Below, piece after piece: positions 1 through 9,022 of a stretch of DNA of 64,000 nucleotides. The notes under the pieces were generated by a model that was not told where the DNA came from, did no database searches, and was given only the letters and a program-made list of their open reading frames with translations. Location of the stretch: positions 43,250 through 107,249 of the forward strand of contig CAZIFG010000004.1 in the NCBI GenBank assembly GCA_964539135.1. Reading direction: 5' to 3'. Each line of letters starts with the position of its first letter. Within the stretch, counting starts at the first letter, position 1. The position numbers were made by a program, and so were the translations under genes. Source of the DNA: an uncultured Rickettsiales bacterium (lineage in GTDB: Bacteria > Margulisbacteria > Marinamargulisbacteria > GCA-2716485 > CAZIFG01).

Positions 1-701
1 TTCAAGGGGATAACACCAGACATCACAGCCTTACCCACAATACATCCGGTAATACCCTCGGAATAATGCCCACTTAAACGCTGGATATCTTCAAGCGAAG
101 AAACCCCACCCGACGCAATAATGGGATGGTGTGTGTGGCGTGTAAGCTCTAAAAGACCTTCAAAGTTAGGGCCTTCCATCATGCCATCCTTTTCAATGTG
201 TGTACAAATAATAGATTCCAATGGCCAAGCCGACAGCTCTTGGAGCAGTGTGTTTAAAGGAATCGTGCTTTTTTCAGTCCAGCCATGAATGGCGATTTGA
301 TTGTCTTTAAGGTCTAGCCCCGCAATGATGCGACCTGGAAAATGATGGACGATGTCTTTTGCAGTTTCAAAGGATTGAACCAAAAGAGAGCCTAAGACTA
401 AATAATCCAGACCCAAATCAAAAAGAGATTTAGCGGTTTCAATCGATCGAATGCCGCCACCAAGCTCAAGCGTGCATGACGTGGTTTTTCGGATAGCTTT
501 AATAGCGGTTTCATTAACAAGAAGCCCAGATTTAGCCCCATTTAAATCAACAAGATGAATGCGTTTGGCGCCGTGGGATTCATAGTTTTGGGCGAGGTTT
601 TCAGGTGTAAACTCAAAGTGAGTGACCTGATCGTAATCCCCTTGTGTGAGACGGACTACCTGTCCATCGAGTAAATCAATAGCTGGAATTATAGTAAACA
701 T
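1..701 (-). CDS. hisA: Phosphoribosylformimino-5-aminoimidazole carboxamide ribotide isomerase HisA. Partial: the C-terminus runs off the left window edge.
   Basis: Not in the ORF track because no stop lies in the window. Reverse translation from the ATG at 699-701 gives MFTIIPAIDLLDGQVVRLTQGDY...ELGGGIRS...IIASGGVSSLEDI...GCIVGKAV, a typical HisA (beta/alpha)8 barrel. It overlaps the hisS stop by 13 nt. Confidence 0.85.
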   Translation of the reverse strand, partial: MFTIIPAIDLLDGQVVRLTQGDYDQVTHFEFTPENLAQNYESHGAKRIHLVDLNGAKSGLLVNETAIKAIRKTTSCTLELGGGIRSIETAKSLFDLGLDYLVLGSLLVQSFETAKDIVHHFPGRIIAGLDLKDNQIAIHGWTEKSTIPLNTLLQELSAWPLESIICTHIEKDGMMEGPNFEGLLELTRHTHHPIIASGGVSSLEDIQRLSGHYSEGITGCIVGKAVMSGVIPL

Positions 702-1954
702 AGCTTCATTAAATAAGGGCGAAGGCGGGTCAGTTTAATATCCTCTTGTTCCCCTGTTTTCATGTTTTTTAAGCGAGCAATTTTAGACTCCGCTTCTTTT
801 TCACCAATGATAACCGTATACTGAGCGCCCACTCGATTTGCGTGTTTGAGGTGGGAACTAAGGTCTTCTTTAGTAAAGTTCATATCACAGCGAATACCAG
901 ACTGGCGCAATTGGTCCAAAAGAGAAAAACATAGGGGGCGTTGAGAAAATCCAATGGGGGCCAGGACAAACAGAGGCGACCGTTTTGTAAACGATTTTTG
1001 GAGTTTTTGAAGTAACATAACAGCACGTTCCATGCCAAAGGCAAAGCCAACAGCAGGGGTTTCTTTACCACCCAATTGGCCAATGAGGGAATCATAACGA
1101 CCTCCGCCACATACAGCGTTTTGAGCGCCCAATTCATCTGAAAGGATCTCAAAGGTCGTTTTGGTATAATAGTCCAAGCCCCTCACCAAACGAGGGTCTA
1201 CGGTAAATTTAATTTCTAAGATCTCTAAATACTCCAAGACAAAGTCAAAATGATCTTTGCATTCTCGACATAAAGACAGTCGGATATCGGGAAGCCCAGA
1301 GAAATAGGTATTACACGTGGTGTTTTTACAATCTAAAATCCGCAAAGGATTATGGTAAAAGCGGCGATTACAATCTTCGCAAAGGTGAGGCAAGCTTTTT
1401 TCAAGGAACTGTTTGAGTCGTTCTTCAATCACAGTTCGGCAAATTTTACAGCCCACGGAATTAATTTTAACCCGTAAATTTTTCAGGCCTAACTTATCAA
1501 AAAGACGAACACCCATGCCAATGACTTCCGCATCGGTGCAGGGATGCGCAGAGCCCAAATGTTCGACGCCAATTTGGTGAAACTGACGGTATCTACCCGC
1601 TTGAGGCCTTTCGTAGCGAAACATAGGACCCTTGTACCATAATTTTGTAGGGTAAGCGGGCGTCACCAATTGGTTTTGAATGGCAGCGCGTACAACGGGG
1701 GCTGTGCCTTCAGGTCGTAAGGTCAGCTGTCTATCCCCTTTATCGGTGAAGGTATACATCTCTTTAGACACAATATCTGTGTCATTGCCGAGTCCACGTG
1801 TAAACAGCTCTGTAGATTCAAATATAGGGGTTCGAATTTCTTGGTAATTATAGCCTTCAAAGAGATTGAGGGCTGTAGTTTCGATAAAATGCCAAATATC
1901 AATTTCATCCGGCAGAATATCGCGAGTACCGCGGGGTAGAGTATAATCTGTCAT
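689..1954 (-). CDS. hisS: Histidine--tRNA ligase
   Basis: 421 aa. Class II HisRS motifs present: PRGTRD, LRPEGTAPVVRA, GGGRYD. Confidence 0.95.
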   Translation of the reverse strand: MTDYTLPRGTRDILPDEIDIWHFIETTALNLFEGYNYQEIRTPIFESTELFTRGLGNDTDIVSKEMYTFTDKGDRQLTLRPEGTAPVVRAAIQNQLVTPAYPTKLWYKGPMFRYERPQAGRYRQFHQIGVEHLGSAHPCTDAEVIGMGVRLFDKLGLKNLRVKINSVGCKICRTVIEERLKQFLEKSLPHLCEDCNRRFYHNPLRILDCKNTTCNTYFSGLPDIRLSLCRECKDHFDFVLEYLEILEIKFTVDPRLVRGLDYYTKTTFEILSDELGAQNAVCGGGRYDSLIGQLGGKETPAVGFAFGMERAVMLLQKLQKSFTKRSPLFVLAPIGFSQRPLCFSLLDQLRQSGIRCDMNFTKEDLSSHLKHANRVGAQYTVIIGEKEAESKIARLKNMKTGEQEDIKLTRLRPYLMKLCLL

Positions 1955-2066
1955 AATAAAGAGTAGTTTAATCCAAATAGAGAGAGACTACAATGGGGTT
2001 AAACCGTAAAAAACCCATAAAAAAACAAATAAAATATGCTAAACTGGGATAAAAACGGAGTGTCCG

Positions 2067-3320
2067 ATGCGATTTTCTAAATTATATTGCCCCACCTTAA
2101 AAGAAACCCCTAGAGATGCGGAGGTGGTCAGTCATCAGCTCATGATGCGTGCAGGGTTGGTCAGAAAAGTGGCCTCGGGTGTTTATACCTTATTGCCTTT
2201 AGGTCAAAAAATCATTAAGAAATTTGAAGCCATTGTTCGAAATGAAATGAATAAGGCGGACGCTCAAGAAATTACAATGCCCATGGTTGTACCCTCCGAA
2301 CTTTGGAAAGAAAGTGGGCGGTGGGATAAATATGGTAAGGAACTGTTGAGGATAACAGACCGTCATGAACATGAATCATGTTTGGGGCCGACACACGAAG
2401 AAGTTGTAACAGATCTCATTCGTCATGAAGTAAAATCCTACAAACAATTGCCTTTAAATCTCTACCAAATTCAAACCAAGTTTAGAGATGAAATTCGACC
2501 TAGATTTGGACTCATGAGGGGTCGTGAATTCATCATGAAAGATGCCTATAGTTTTCACGCTACGGTAGAGGATTTAGAACGGGAATATCAGGTCATGATG
2601 AAAACCTATCATGCCATTTTTAAGGCCTGTGGGTTAAACGCCAAAAAAGTAGAAGCAGACAATGGCAGCATGGGAGGCAGTGGCTCTGCCGAGTTTATGA
2701 TCACCGCAGACACGGGTGAAGATGAGATTTTTTATTGTCAAACCTGTGATTTTGCCGCCAATTATGAGCTCTATGAAGGGAAAGATAAAACAGCAGTAGT
2801 CTGTCCCAATTGTAAGACGCGCTTACTGACTCAAAGAGGCATTGAAGTGGGGCATATTTTTAAATTGGGAACTAGATATTCAGAGTCGATGAATGCCCAG
2901 TTTACAGATGAAGCAGGACAAATACGACCCATGGAAATGGGCTGCTATGGTATAGGCATAGGCAGAACAGTGGCGGCCGCCATTGAGCAAAATCATGATG
3001 AGAAGGGCATTAAATGGCCTAAGGCATTGGCACCTTTTGACGCCGTGATTATCATCAGCACGCTCAAAGATCCGGATATAGTAAAGGCAGCAGAAATGCT
3101 TTATACTACCTGTAAATCTCACACGATCGATGTTCTATTAGATGATAGAGACAGCTCCTTAGGGGCTAAATTTAAAGATGCAGAACTGATAGGGATTCCC
3201 TATCAAATTGTGGTAGGCAAAACATGGAAAGAAACAAAGGCCTTTGAGCTTATCAATCGAGTGAATGGTGAAAAACATACAGTTAAGTTAGAGGAACTGA
3301 TGGGATGTTTGAGGACATAA
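2067..3320 (+). CDS. proS: Proline--tRNA ligase, short bacterial-type form lacking the INS editing domain
   Basis: 417 aa. Motif 2 is FRDEIRPRFGLMRGREFIMKDAYSFH and motif 3 is GCYGIGIGR. A C-terminal anticodon-binding domain is present. Only about 30 aa, with CxxC-X18-CxxC, lie where INS normally sits. Confidence 0.93.
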   Translation: MRFSKLYCPTLKETPRDAEVVSHQLMMRAGLVRKVASGVYTLLPLGQKIIKKFEAIVRNEMNKADAQEITMPMVVPSELWKESGRWDKYGKELLRITDRHEHESCLGPTHEEVVTDLIRHEVKSYKQLPLNLYQIQTKFRDEIRPRFGLMRGREFIMKDAYSFHATVEDLEREYQVMMKTYHAIFKACGLNAKKVEADNGSMGGSGSAEFMITADTGEDEIFYCQTCDFAANYELYEGKDKTAVVCPNCKTRLLTQRGIEVGHIFKLGTRYSESMNAQFTDEAGQIRPMEMGCYGIGIGRTVAAAIEQNHDEKGIKWPKALAPFDAVIIISTLKDPDIVKAAEMLYTTCKSHTIDVLLDDRDSSLGAKFKDAELIGIPYQIVVGKTWKETKAFELINRVNGEKHTVKLEELMGCLRT

Positions 3321-3321
3321 A

Positions 3322-4125
3322 ATGAGGAAGCTAGGGCAATCTAAAATCGGGGTTTTGGCGTGCGTTCTGCTATGCAGTATGACGCGGTTTTCCTATGGCA
3401 CGGTTGAAAAAGAATTTGTGCCTAAATCAATCATTCCAGATATTGAATTGTCTCGAAACATTGACCCTGTATTTGAATATGAGCACCGAGAAAAAGAAGA
3501 TGTGTTTAATAAATTAGATGATCCCCATTTTAACCCCAAAGAAGTAGCGCCTAAAAAAACGGCGGCGAAGTCGGGAGAATATGGGTTTAACAAAGACAAT
3601 TTTGATGAGAAGTTAGAGTTTAAAACCATTCTAAATTACATTAAGGACAAGTTTAAGAAAATCAACAATGAAGAAGCCGAAGAAATTTCAGAACATTTGG
3701 TCCAGTCTGGCAAGGAACATGAAATAGATCCAAAATTTGCAGCGGCATTGATCGCCAGAGAGTCGGCTTTTAATAAAAATGCGGTGAGCCGAACTGGCGC
3801 AAAAGGCTTAGGGCAAATTAAAGATTTTAATTTTAAAGGCTTAAAGATTGTAGATCCCTTTAATATTAAAGAAAACGTTGCGGGTACAACTCAATATATC
3901 AAAGAAATGATGACCAATTGGGAGTCTGTAAAACAGGATACAAAACCCCCTAAGGTGGAAATTGAAAGCGAATTGGATCGTGTGAAGCTAGCCTTAGCCT
4001 CCTATTTTAAAGGATTTGGTGCGGTGAAACGGGAAGGGATGGATCCTGCAAGTAATAAATATGCAGATGATATTTTAAAATATTATAACGACATTGCGTC
4101 ATACAAAGAAAAAAGCAGTCTTTAA
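3322..4125 (+). CDS. Secreted lytic transglycosylase (SLT domain)
   Basis: N-terminal signal-like hydrophobic segment. Catalytic region LIARESAFNKNAVSRTGAKGLGQI matches the E-S ... GLxQ pattern. Confidence 0.8.
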   Translation: MRKLGQSKIGVLACVLLCSMTRFSYGTVEKEFVPKSIIPDIELSRNIDPVFEYEHREKEDVFNKLDDPHFNPKEVAPKKTAAKSGEYGFNKDNFDEKLEFKTILNYIKDKFKKINNEEAEEISEHLVQSGKEHEIDPKFAAALIARESAFNKNAVSRTGAKGLGQIKDFNFKGLKIVDPFNIKENVAGTTQYIKEMMTNWESVKQDTKPPKVEIESELDRVKLALASYFKGFGAVKREGMDPASNKYADDILKYYNDIASYKEKSSL

Positions 4126-4232
4126 ACACAGATAAAAAAAGTAAATGACTCTTGCGGCATTTTTTGTTTGCCTGTAGACTGTACAGTCAAAATACATATG
4201 AGACTTATTGTATCTTATAAGGAGGCGTGACC

Positions 4233-5624
4233 ATGTCAGAAGGCACCAAGATAGGGGAATACAAAGAAAATGCTGAGTTTAACGCAGCAGTAACATTAAA
4301 ACCAGAGACAGAAGGACTCAAAGCAACAAAGTTGGGAGAGCTTTCTGAATTTGAAAAAGGACTTCAAGAAGAAGACAATAACCCTAAAGGTAATGCCAAC
4401 GAGAGACAGTCGAATGCAACGCCCCTTAAACTAGGGAAAGAGAAAAACGGGTCAGAAGATTTATCGTTTGAACAAGCCATGTCAGGGGGGCTTGCAGAAT
4501 TTGAAGAGGATGAAATTGTAGAAGGAACAGTCCGAAGCATTGAAAAAGGCGGCGTTCTAATTGACATCAATTACAAATCCGACGGGTTTATTCTCAATAG
4601 CGAACTTTTAGATGACGAGGTTCTAAAACCTGGCGATAAGGTAAAAGTTCTGATTGAAAAATTAGAAACAAAAGAAGGCTATACCATTCTATCCAGAAAA
4701 AAAGCCATTGTAGAAGAAGCGTGGAATGAGCTTGTAGAGTGCAACAGATCCAAACAAACAGTGGCCATTAAAGTGGTTGGAAAAGTTCAAGGTGGATTGG
4801 TATCCGTTTACAAAGGCATTAAAGGATTTATTCCGGCGTCTCAAGCCTTGAAAGCAGAGTCCGATAAATTAGATGATTTCCTAGGACAAACCCTTCAAGT
4901 GGCGGTTCTCCAAGTAGATAGACGCAGACGAAAAGTGATTTTTTCTCATAAAATTGCCCAAAGCAAATTAAGCCGGCAAAATGCAGAAAAAACATTGGAT
5001 TCATTAGAAATTGGCGAAACAAGAACGGGTAAAGTCACCAGCGTTAAAGATTTTGGGGTGTTTGTAGATATTGGGGGCCTTGAAGGATTGGTTCACATTT
5101 CAGAGTTGTCATGGTCCAGAGTGAATCATCCCTCTGAGTATGTATCGCCTGGGGATGAAGTCAAAGTCTTTATTTTAGGGATTGATAAAGAAAACTCTAA
5201 AATTTCATTGGGCATGAAACAGCTGGAAGCCGATCCTTGGGTGAATGTATCTAATAAATACAAAGTAGGTCAATTGATTGAAGGCGAGATTACCAGGACC
5301 GCTGCCTTTGGCGCCTTTATTAAAATTGAGCAAAATTTAGAGGGACTCATTCATATTTCTGAACTTGCCAATGAGCATGTTGAAAAAGTAGAAGATGTTG
5401 TGAAGCCCAAACAAATTGTAACCGCGAGAATTATTAAATTGATTCCTGAGGAGCAAAAAATTGGCTTAAGCTTAAAGAGCAAACCAGAAGAAAAAGTGGT
5501 AGAGGCTCAACCTGCGCCTAAAAAGAAGTCCAACAGCAACATTATTGCGGAAGTGGGCGAAGATTCAAAACCAAACGGGATTAATATCAATTTCACACAG
5601 GTAGAAAGCGTAACTGCCAATTAA
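4233..5624 (+). CDS. rpsA: 30S ribosomal protein S1 (four S1 domains, acidic N-terminal extension)
   Basis: Repeated S1 OB-fold motifs (G.V..i...G..vdig....GfiH.SE). I chose ATG 4233 over the track GTG 4227 because the AAGGAGG box at 4219-4225 is 7 nt upstream of the ATG. Confidence 0.9.
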   Translation: MSEGTKIGEYKENAEFNAAVTLKPETEGLKATKLGELSEFEKGLQEEDNNPKGNANERQSNATPLKLGKEKNGSEDLSFEQAMSGGLAEFEEDEIVEGTVRSIEKGGVLIDINYKSDGFILNSELLDDEVLKPGDKVKVLIEKLETKEGYTILSRKKAIVEEAWNELVECNRSKQTVAIKVVGKVQGGLVSVYKGIKGFIPASQALKAESDKLDDFLGQTLQVAVLQVDRRRRKVIFSHKIAQSKLSRQNAEKTLDSLEIGETRTGKVTSVKDFGVFVDIGGLEGLVHISELSWSRVNHPSEYVSPGDEVKVFILGIDKENSKISLGMKQLEADPWVNVSNKYKVGQLIEGEITRTAAFGAFIKIEQNLEGLIHISELANEHVEKVEDVVKPKQIVTARIIKLIPEEQKIGLSLKSKPEEKVVEAQPAPKKKSNSNIIAEVGEDSKPNGININFTQVESVTAN

Positions 5625-5639
5625 TTAAAGCGACACGAT

Positions 5640-6815
5640 ATGAATAAAAAGGGTTTTTTCGGGGAGTATGGGGGGCAATACGTCCCCGATACTCTTTTTC
5701 CCGCTTTAGAGCAGCTTGAACACGAATATAACGCCATTAAAAGTGATTCAGACTTTCAGTCTGAGTTAAATCTTCTTTTAAAAGACTATGTAGGCCGTCC
5801 CAGTCCCTTATATTTAGCAAAAAATTTATCTTCAGTTTGTGGGGCAAAAGTGTACCTCAAACGAGAAGATTTAAACCACACTGGGGCGCATAAAATCAAC
5901 AATACTTTGGGCCAAATTCTCCTGGCAAAGCGCATGGGGAAAACCCGCATTATCGCGGAAACAGGCGCCGGACAGCATGGGGTAGCCACTGCAACGGTTT
6001 GTGCCTTGATGCAACTGAAATGCGTCATTTTCATGGGCTCAGAAGACATCAAGCGTCAGGCCTTAAATGTGTATAGAATGCAGCTTTTAGGCGCAGAAGT
6101 AAGGTCTGTAACCTCAGGATCTCAAACCTTAAAAGATGCAACTACAGAAGCCATTCGAGATTGGATGAGCAGTGTCGAATCCACCCATTATATTATTGGG
6201 TCTGTTTTAGGGCCACATCCCTACCCCACACTTGTAAGGGATTTTCAACGCATAATCGGCGATGAGGCTAAGGCTCAAATTCTAGAAAAGGAAGGGCGTT
6301 TACCCACGCATGTCATCGCTTGTGTCGGCGGTGGATCCAATGCCATGGGCATTTTTTATCCTTTCGTAGACGATAAATCGGTGACGTTTATAGCGGCAGA
6401 AGCCGGGGGTATAAGTTTAAAGGCAGGCGAGCACGCGGCCAGTTTAACGAAAGGGCGTCCCGGTGTCTTACATGGGTCCATGAATTACCTCATTCAAGAC
6501 GATAAAGGGCAAGTGGGGCAAGTCCATTCGATTTCTGCAGGACTGGATTACCCAGGTGTTAGCCCAGAACTCAGCCATTGGAAAGATTTAAATCGTTTGG
6601 AAACAGAAGCCATTTCCGATCAAGATGCCTTTTTAGCCTGTAAATGGGTGGCCCAAACGGAAGGCATTATTCCGGCTTTAGAAACATCCCATGCCTTTGC
6701 GGCCCTCAAAAAGAGAGCGTGGAACACGGACGATATCATCATTGTAAATGTATCGGGCCGTGGGGATAAAGACATGGAAACCATTCGAAACAAGGAAAAC
6801 GAATGGGCATCTTAA
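5640..6815 (+). CDS. trpB: Tryptophan synthase beta chain
   Basis: [12 protein letters not shown]-lysine motif and GGGSNAMG. Confidence 0.95.
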   Translation: MNKKGFFGEYGGQYVPDTLFPALEQLEHEYNAIKSDSDFQSELNLLLKDYVGRPSPLYLAKNLSSVCGAKVYLKREDLNHTGAHKINNTLGQILLAKRMGKTRIIAETGAGQHGVATATVCALMQLKCVIFMGSEDIKRQALNVYRMQLLGAEVRSVTSGSQTLKDATTEAIRDWMSSVESTHYIIGSVLGPHPYPTLVRDFQRIIGDEAKAQILEKEGRLPTHVIACVGGGSNAMGIFYPFVDDKSVTFIAAEAGGISLKAGEHAASLTKGRPGVLHGSMNYLIQDDKGQVGQVHSISAGLDYPGVSPELSHWKDLNRLETEAISDQDAFLACKWVAQTEGIIPALETSHAFAALKKRAWNTDDIIIVNVSGRGDKDMETIRNKENEWAS

Positions 6816-7588
6816 CATTAGAGGCTGTTTTAAAGAAAGGCAATAACCTTATTCCGTATTATACCTTTGGGGACCCCAGTGTGGCGTCTACAGAAGCCAT
6901 CATTCGAGAAAGCATTCAGAATGGGGCCGATGTCATTGAATTGGGCATTCCCTTTTCAGATCCCATTGCCGATGGCCCTGTGATTCAGGCCTCTCATCAG
7001 AGAGCGCTTAATAGTGGAGAATCCGTTTCGCTGGCGGCCGCCTTAGCACTCGTCCAAAAAATAAAAGCAGCATTTCAAACCCCTTTGATCCTGATGTCCG
7101 ATGTTAACTTGGTGTATCAATTTGGCATCGATTCATTTTTTAAAGCGGCCAAAGAACATCAGTTAGATGGCATTATTATTCCGAATTTAAATGTAGAAGC
7201 AAGCGATGCCTATCAAAAGGCAGCAGCTGAAAACGACATTGCCTTGATTTTATTGGTATCGCCCTTGTGCCTAGAAACCCGCATGCAAAAAATTGTAAAG
7301 GCAAGCACAGGGTTTGTGTATTTAATGGGCTCTGTAGGAACCACAGGAGAACGGCATAGCGTGTCCAGTGCCTTGCCAGACTTAGCTCAAAAGATACGTG
7401 AAATCAAAGACATTCCGGTGGTCGTGGGTTTTGGCATCAGTCAACCCGATCAGTTAAAAGAAGTGTGTTCTTTCGCGAATGGCGGCATTGTGGGCAGCCA
7501 TTTGGTTAAAGAGGTGGCGACAGCACAAGGCAGTATTGCGGAACTTGCGGCCAAAATAGGGGCCAGAATCAAGGCCTTTAAGTCATGA
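6803..7588 (+). CDS. trpA: Tryptophan synthase alpha chain
   Basis: [22 protein letters not shown] motif. Overlaps trpB by 13 nt. Confidence 0.93.
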   Translation: MGILTLEAVLKKGNNLIPYYTFGDPSVASTEAIIRESIQNGADVIELGIPFSDPIADGPVIQASHQRALNSGESVSLAAALALVQKIKAAFQTPLILMSDVNLVYQFGIDSFFKAAKEHQLDGIIIPNLNVEASDAYQKAAAENDIALILLVSPLCLETRMQKIVKASTGFVYLMGSVGTTGERHSVSSALPDLAQKIREIKDIPVVVGFGISQPDQLKEVCSFANGGIVGSHLVKEVATAQGSIAELAAKIGARIKAFKS

Positions 7589-8223
7589 TTTCTTTAATTG
7601 TGACGGCCGCCGGAAAAGGCACGCGATTTGGAAACCCTGAAGGAAAACTCTTTGTCAGTTATAAGGGAAAGCCTCTATTGCAGCATACTCTAGAGGCCTT
7701 TAAAGACATCCCCGACATTTCGGAGTGCCTCATTACAGGATATGCAGGACAGATTCAGGCTATTCAAGATCTCTTAACGCAGATGCAATTGCCAATCCCT
7801 ACGCAGGTCATCGAAGGGGGAGAGTTGCGTGCCCAGTCTGTCCACAATGCAGTTAAACGCGCAACGCAGAATTGGGTACTTATTCATGATGGTGCGAGGC
7901 CCTTTGTGTCTGAACAGGTGATTCATAGGGTCTTAGCGGCTAAAGACACGGCAAAAGGGGTGATCCCCGGCATTCCAGAAACCGATACCATCAAATGGGT
8001 CAAAGACGGAGTTGTAGAGGCCAGTTTGGATCGCAGTCAGGTGATGCGTATTCAAACGCCTCAGCTATTTGAGACCGCCACGCTTTTAGCGGGGTATGAA
8101 ATAGACGGCTGGGAAGCCATGACAGATGAATCCATGAGTTTAGAAGAACTAGAAGTTCCTGTAAAAGTCGTCCTTGGAGACGCTAAAAACATCAAGGTTA
8201 CATACCCTGAAGATTTAACCTAA
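7585..8223 (+). CDS. ispD: 2-C-methyl-D-erythritol 4-phosphate cytidylyltransferase
   Basis: N-terminal VTAAGKGTRFG and IHDGARPF motifs. ATGA overlap with trpA. Confidence 0.9.
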   Translation: MISLIVTAAGKGTRFGNPEGKLFVSYKGKPLLQHTLEAFKDIPDISECLITGYAGQIQAIQDLLTQMQLPIPTQVIEGGELRAQSVHNAVKRATQNWVLIHDGARPFVSEQVIHRVLAAKDTAKGVIPGIPETDTIKWVKDGVVEASLDRSQVMRIQTPQLFETATLLAGYEIDGWEAMTDESMSLEELEVPVKVVLGDAKNIKVTYPEDLT

Positions 8224-8226
8224 TTT

Positions 8227-8367
8227 GGGACTGTTGTGAAATGCCCACGTTTGGATCATATGTAAGGTATTCCGAGTTCGAAAGCCCGGAGTTTATTGTA
8301 ATAAATGAGGACTTGAGGACGAGGATAACACAGCAGATGACCAAAATAGGCGTTTTGCAACAGTCCC
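8227..8367 (+). mobile_element. MITE-like palindromic element, copy 1 (141 bp)
   Basis: Termini are GGGACTGTTGTGAAATGCC ... GGCGTTTTGCAACAGTCCC. It is flanked by a perfect 5-bp direct repeat AATTT (8222-8226 and 8368-8372). It contains no ORF and starts 3 nt after the ispD stop. Confidence 0.8.
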
Positions 8368-8437
8368 AATTTAGGAAAGTAAGCGTTCAAAAATAACGAT
8401 ATTCCTCATAATCCCTCATAATAAGGACGGCTAAACC

Positions 8438-9022
8438 ATGTCATATCATAAAAAAATGATTGCAGCGAGAAAATCTACAAAATACAATGCCTTTATGACA
8501 ACTTTTTGTCAGGCCATAGGCATAAAAACAGAAAAGGCTAAAGGCGATTTGCATGACAATTTATCGATAGTGGTACAGATTATGCTAAAAGTACCGGAGT
8601 ACACAGGGGCTTCCGAGCGTGTCAAAAGATTATTAACGCCTGGGAATCTGGATGTCAGTCTGGAGTCAGAGCGCATTGATATGAAATGGCTGGCAGGAAG
8701 ATGGGTAAAACAGGATGGCATGAACTTAAAAAACGTATCGGATCATCTCCAAAATAATTTTGAAATTGTAATGTGGGCATTAGATCAAAATCCCAAAAGT
8801 TTTCAGTATGCATCTCAACGTTTGAGGGATTCAGGCAATGTAGCCAGTAAAGCCGTTCGTTTAGATGGCCTAAATTTAAAATGGGTGGGCGAATACTGTA
8901 AAAAAAGTGAGCACATTATTGTAGCGGCACTCCAGCAAAATCCAGAAAGTAAGGCCTTCATTTTAGAAGAGATGAAAAAAAATAAAACAGTTAAAGAGGC
9001 GCTAAAGAGGTTAATTAGTTAA
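8438..9022 (+). CDS. DUF4116-like repeat protein (orphan)
   Basis: Repeats of the pattern G.nLk.v...l....e.v..Al.qNp.sfqYAS (FQYASQRLRD..., AVRLDGLNLKWVG...IIVAALQQNPES). The 3' end overlaps the rpoN 3' end by 12 nt (convergent). Confidence 0.55.
   Translation: MSYHKKMIAARKSTKYNAFMTTFCQAIGIKTEKAKGDLHDNLSIVVQIMLKVPEYTGASERVKRLLTPGNLDVSLESERIDMKWLAGRWVKQDGMNLKNVSDHLQNNFEIVMWALDQNPKSFQYASQRLRDSGNVASKAVRLDGLNLKWVGEYCKKSEHIIVAALQQNPESKAFILEEMKKNKTVKEALKRLIS

Noticed and set aside
8227-8260. Idea that mismatches between the left and right arms are G-U wobbles, indicating a strand-specific conserved RNA hairpin
   Set aside because: Copies 1 and 2 show a few T/C and G/A differences that would be wobble pairs. 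Copies 4 and 5 show C-A, G-G, G-A and U-C mismatches at the same positions. There is no consistent covariation, so DNA-level TIR drift is the simpler explanation.
8227-8367. Idea that the repeats are integron attC sites marking gene cassettes (imperfect palindromes next to orphan ORFs)
   Set aside because: attC sites have RYYYAAC at the 5' side and GTTRRRY at the 3' side. These elements have GTTGCG at the 5' side and CGCAAC at the 3' side, the opposite arrangement, and match the core sites poorly. No intI gene or cassette array is present. The 5-bp flanking repeats fit transposition better.
8404-8422. Tandem CCTCATAAT / CCCTCATAAT as a possible micro-array or CRISPR-like repeat
   Set aside because: There are only two 9-10 bp units with no spacers. 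They are better explained as duplicated -10-like boxes upstream of the DUF4116-like gene. No CRISPR array exists anywhere in the window.
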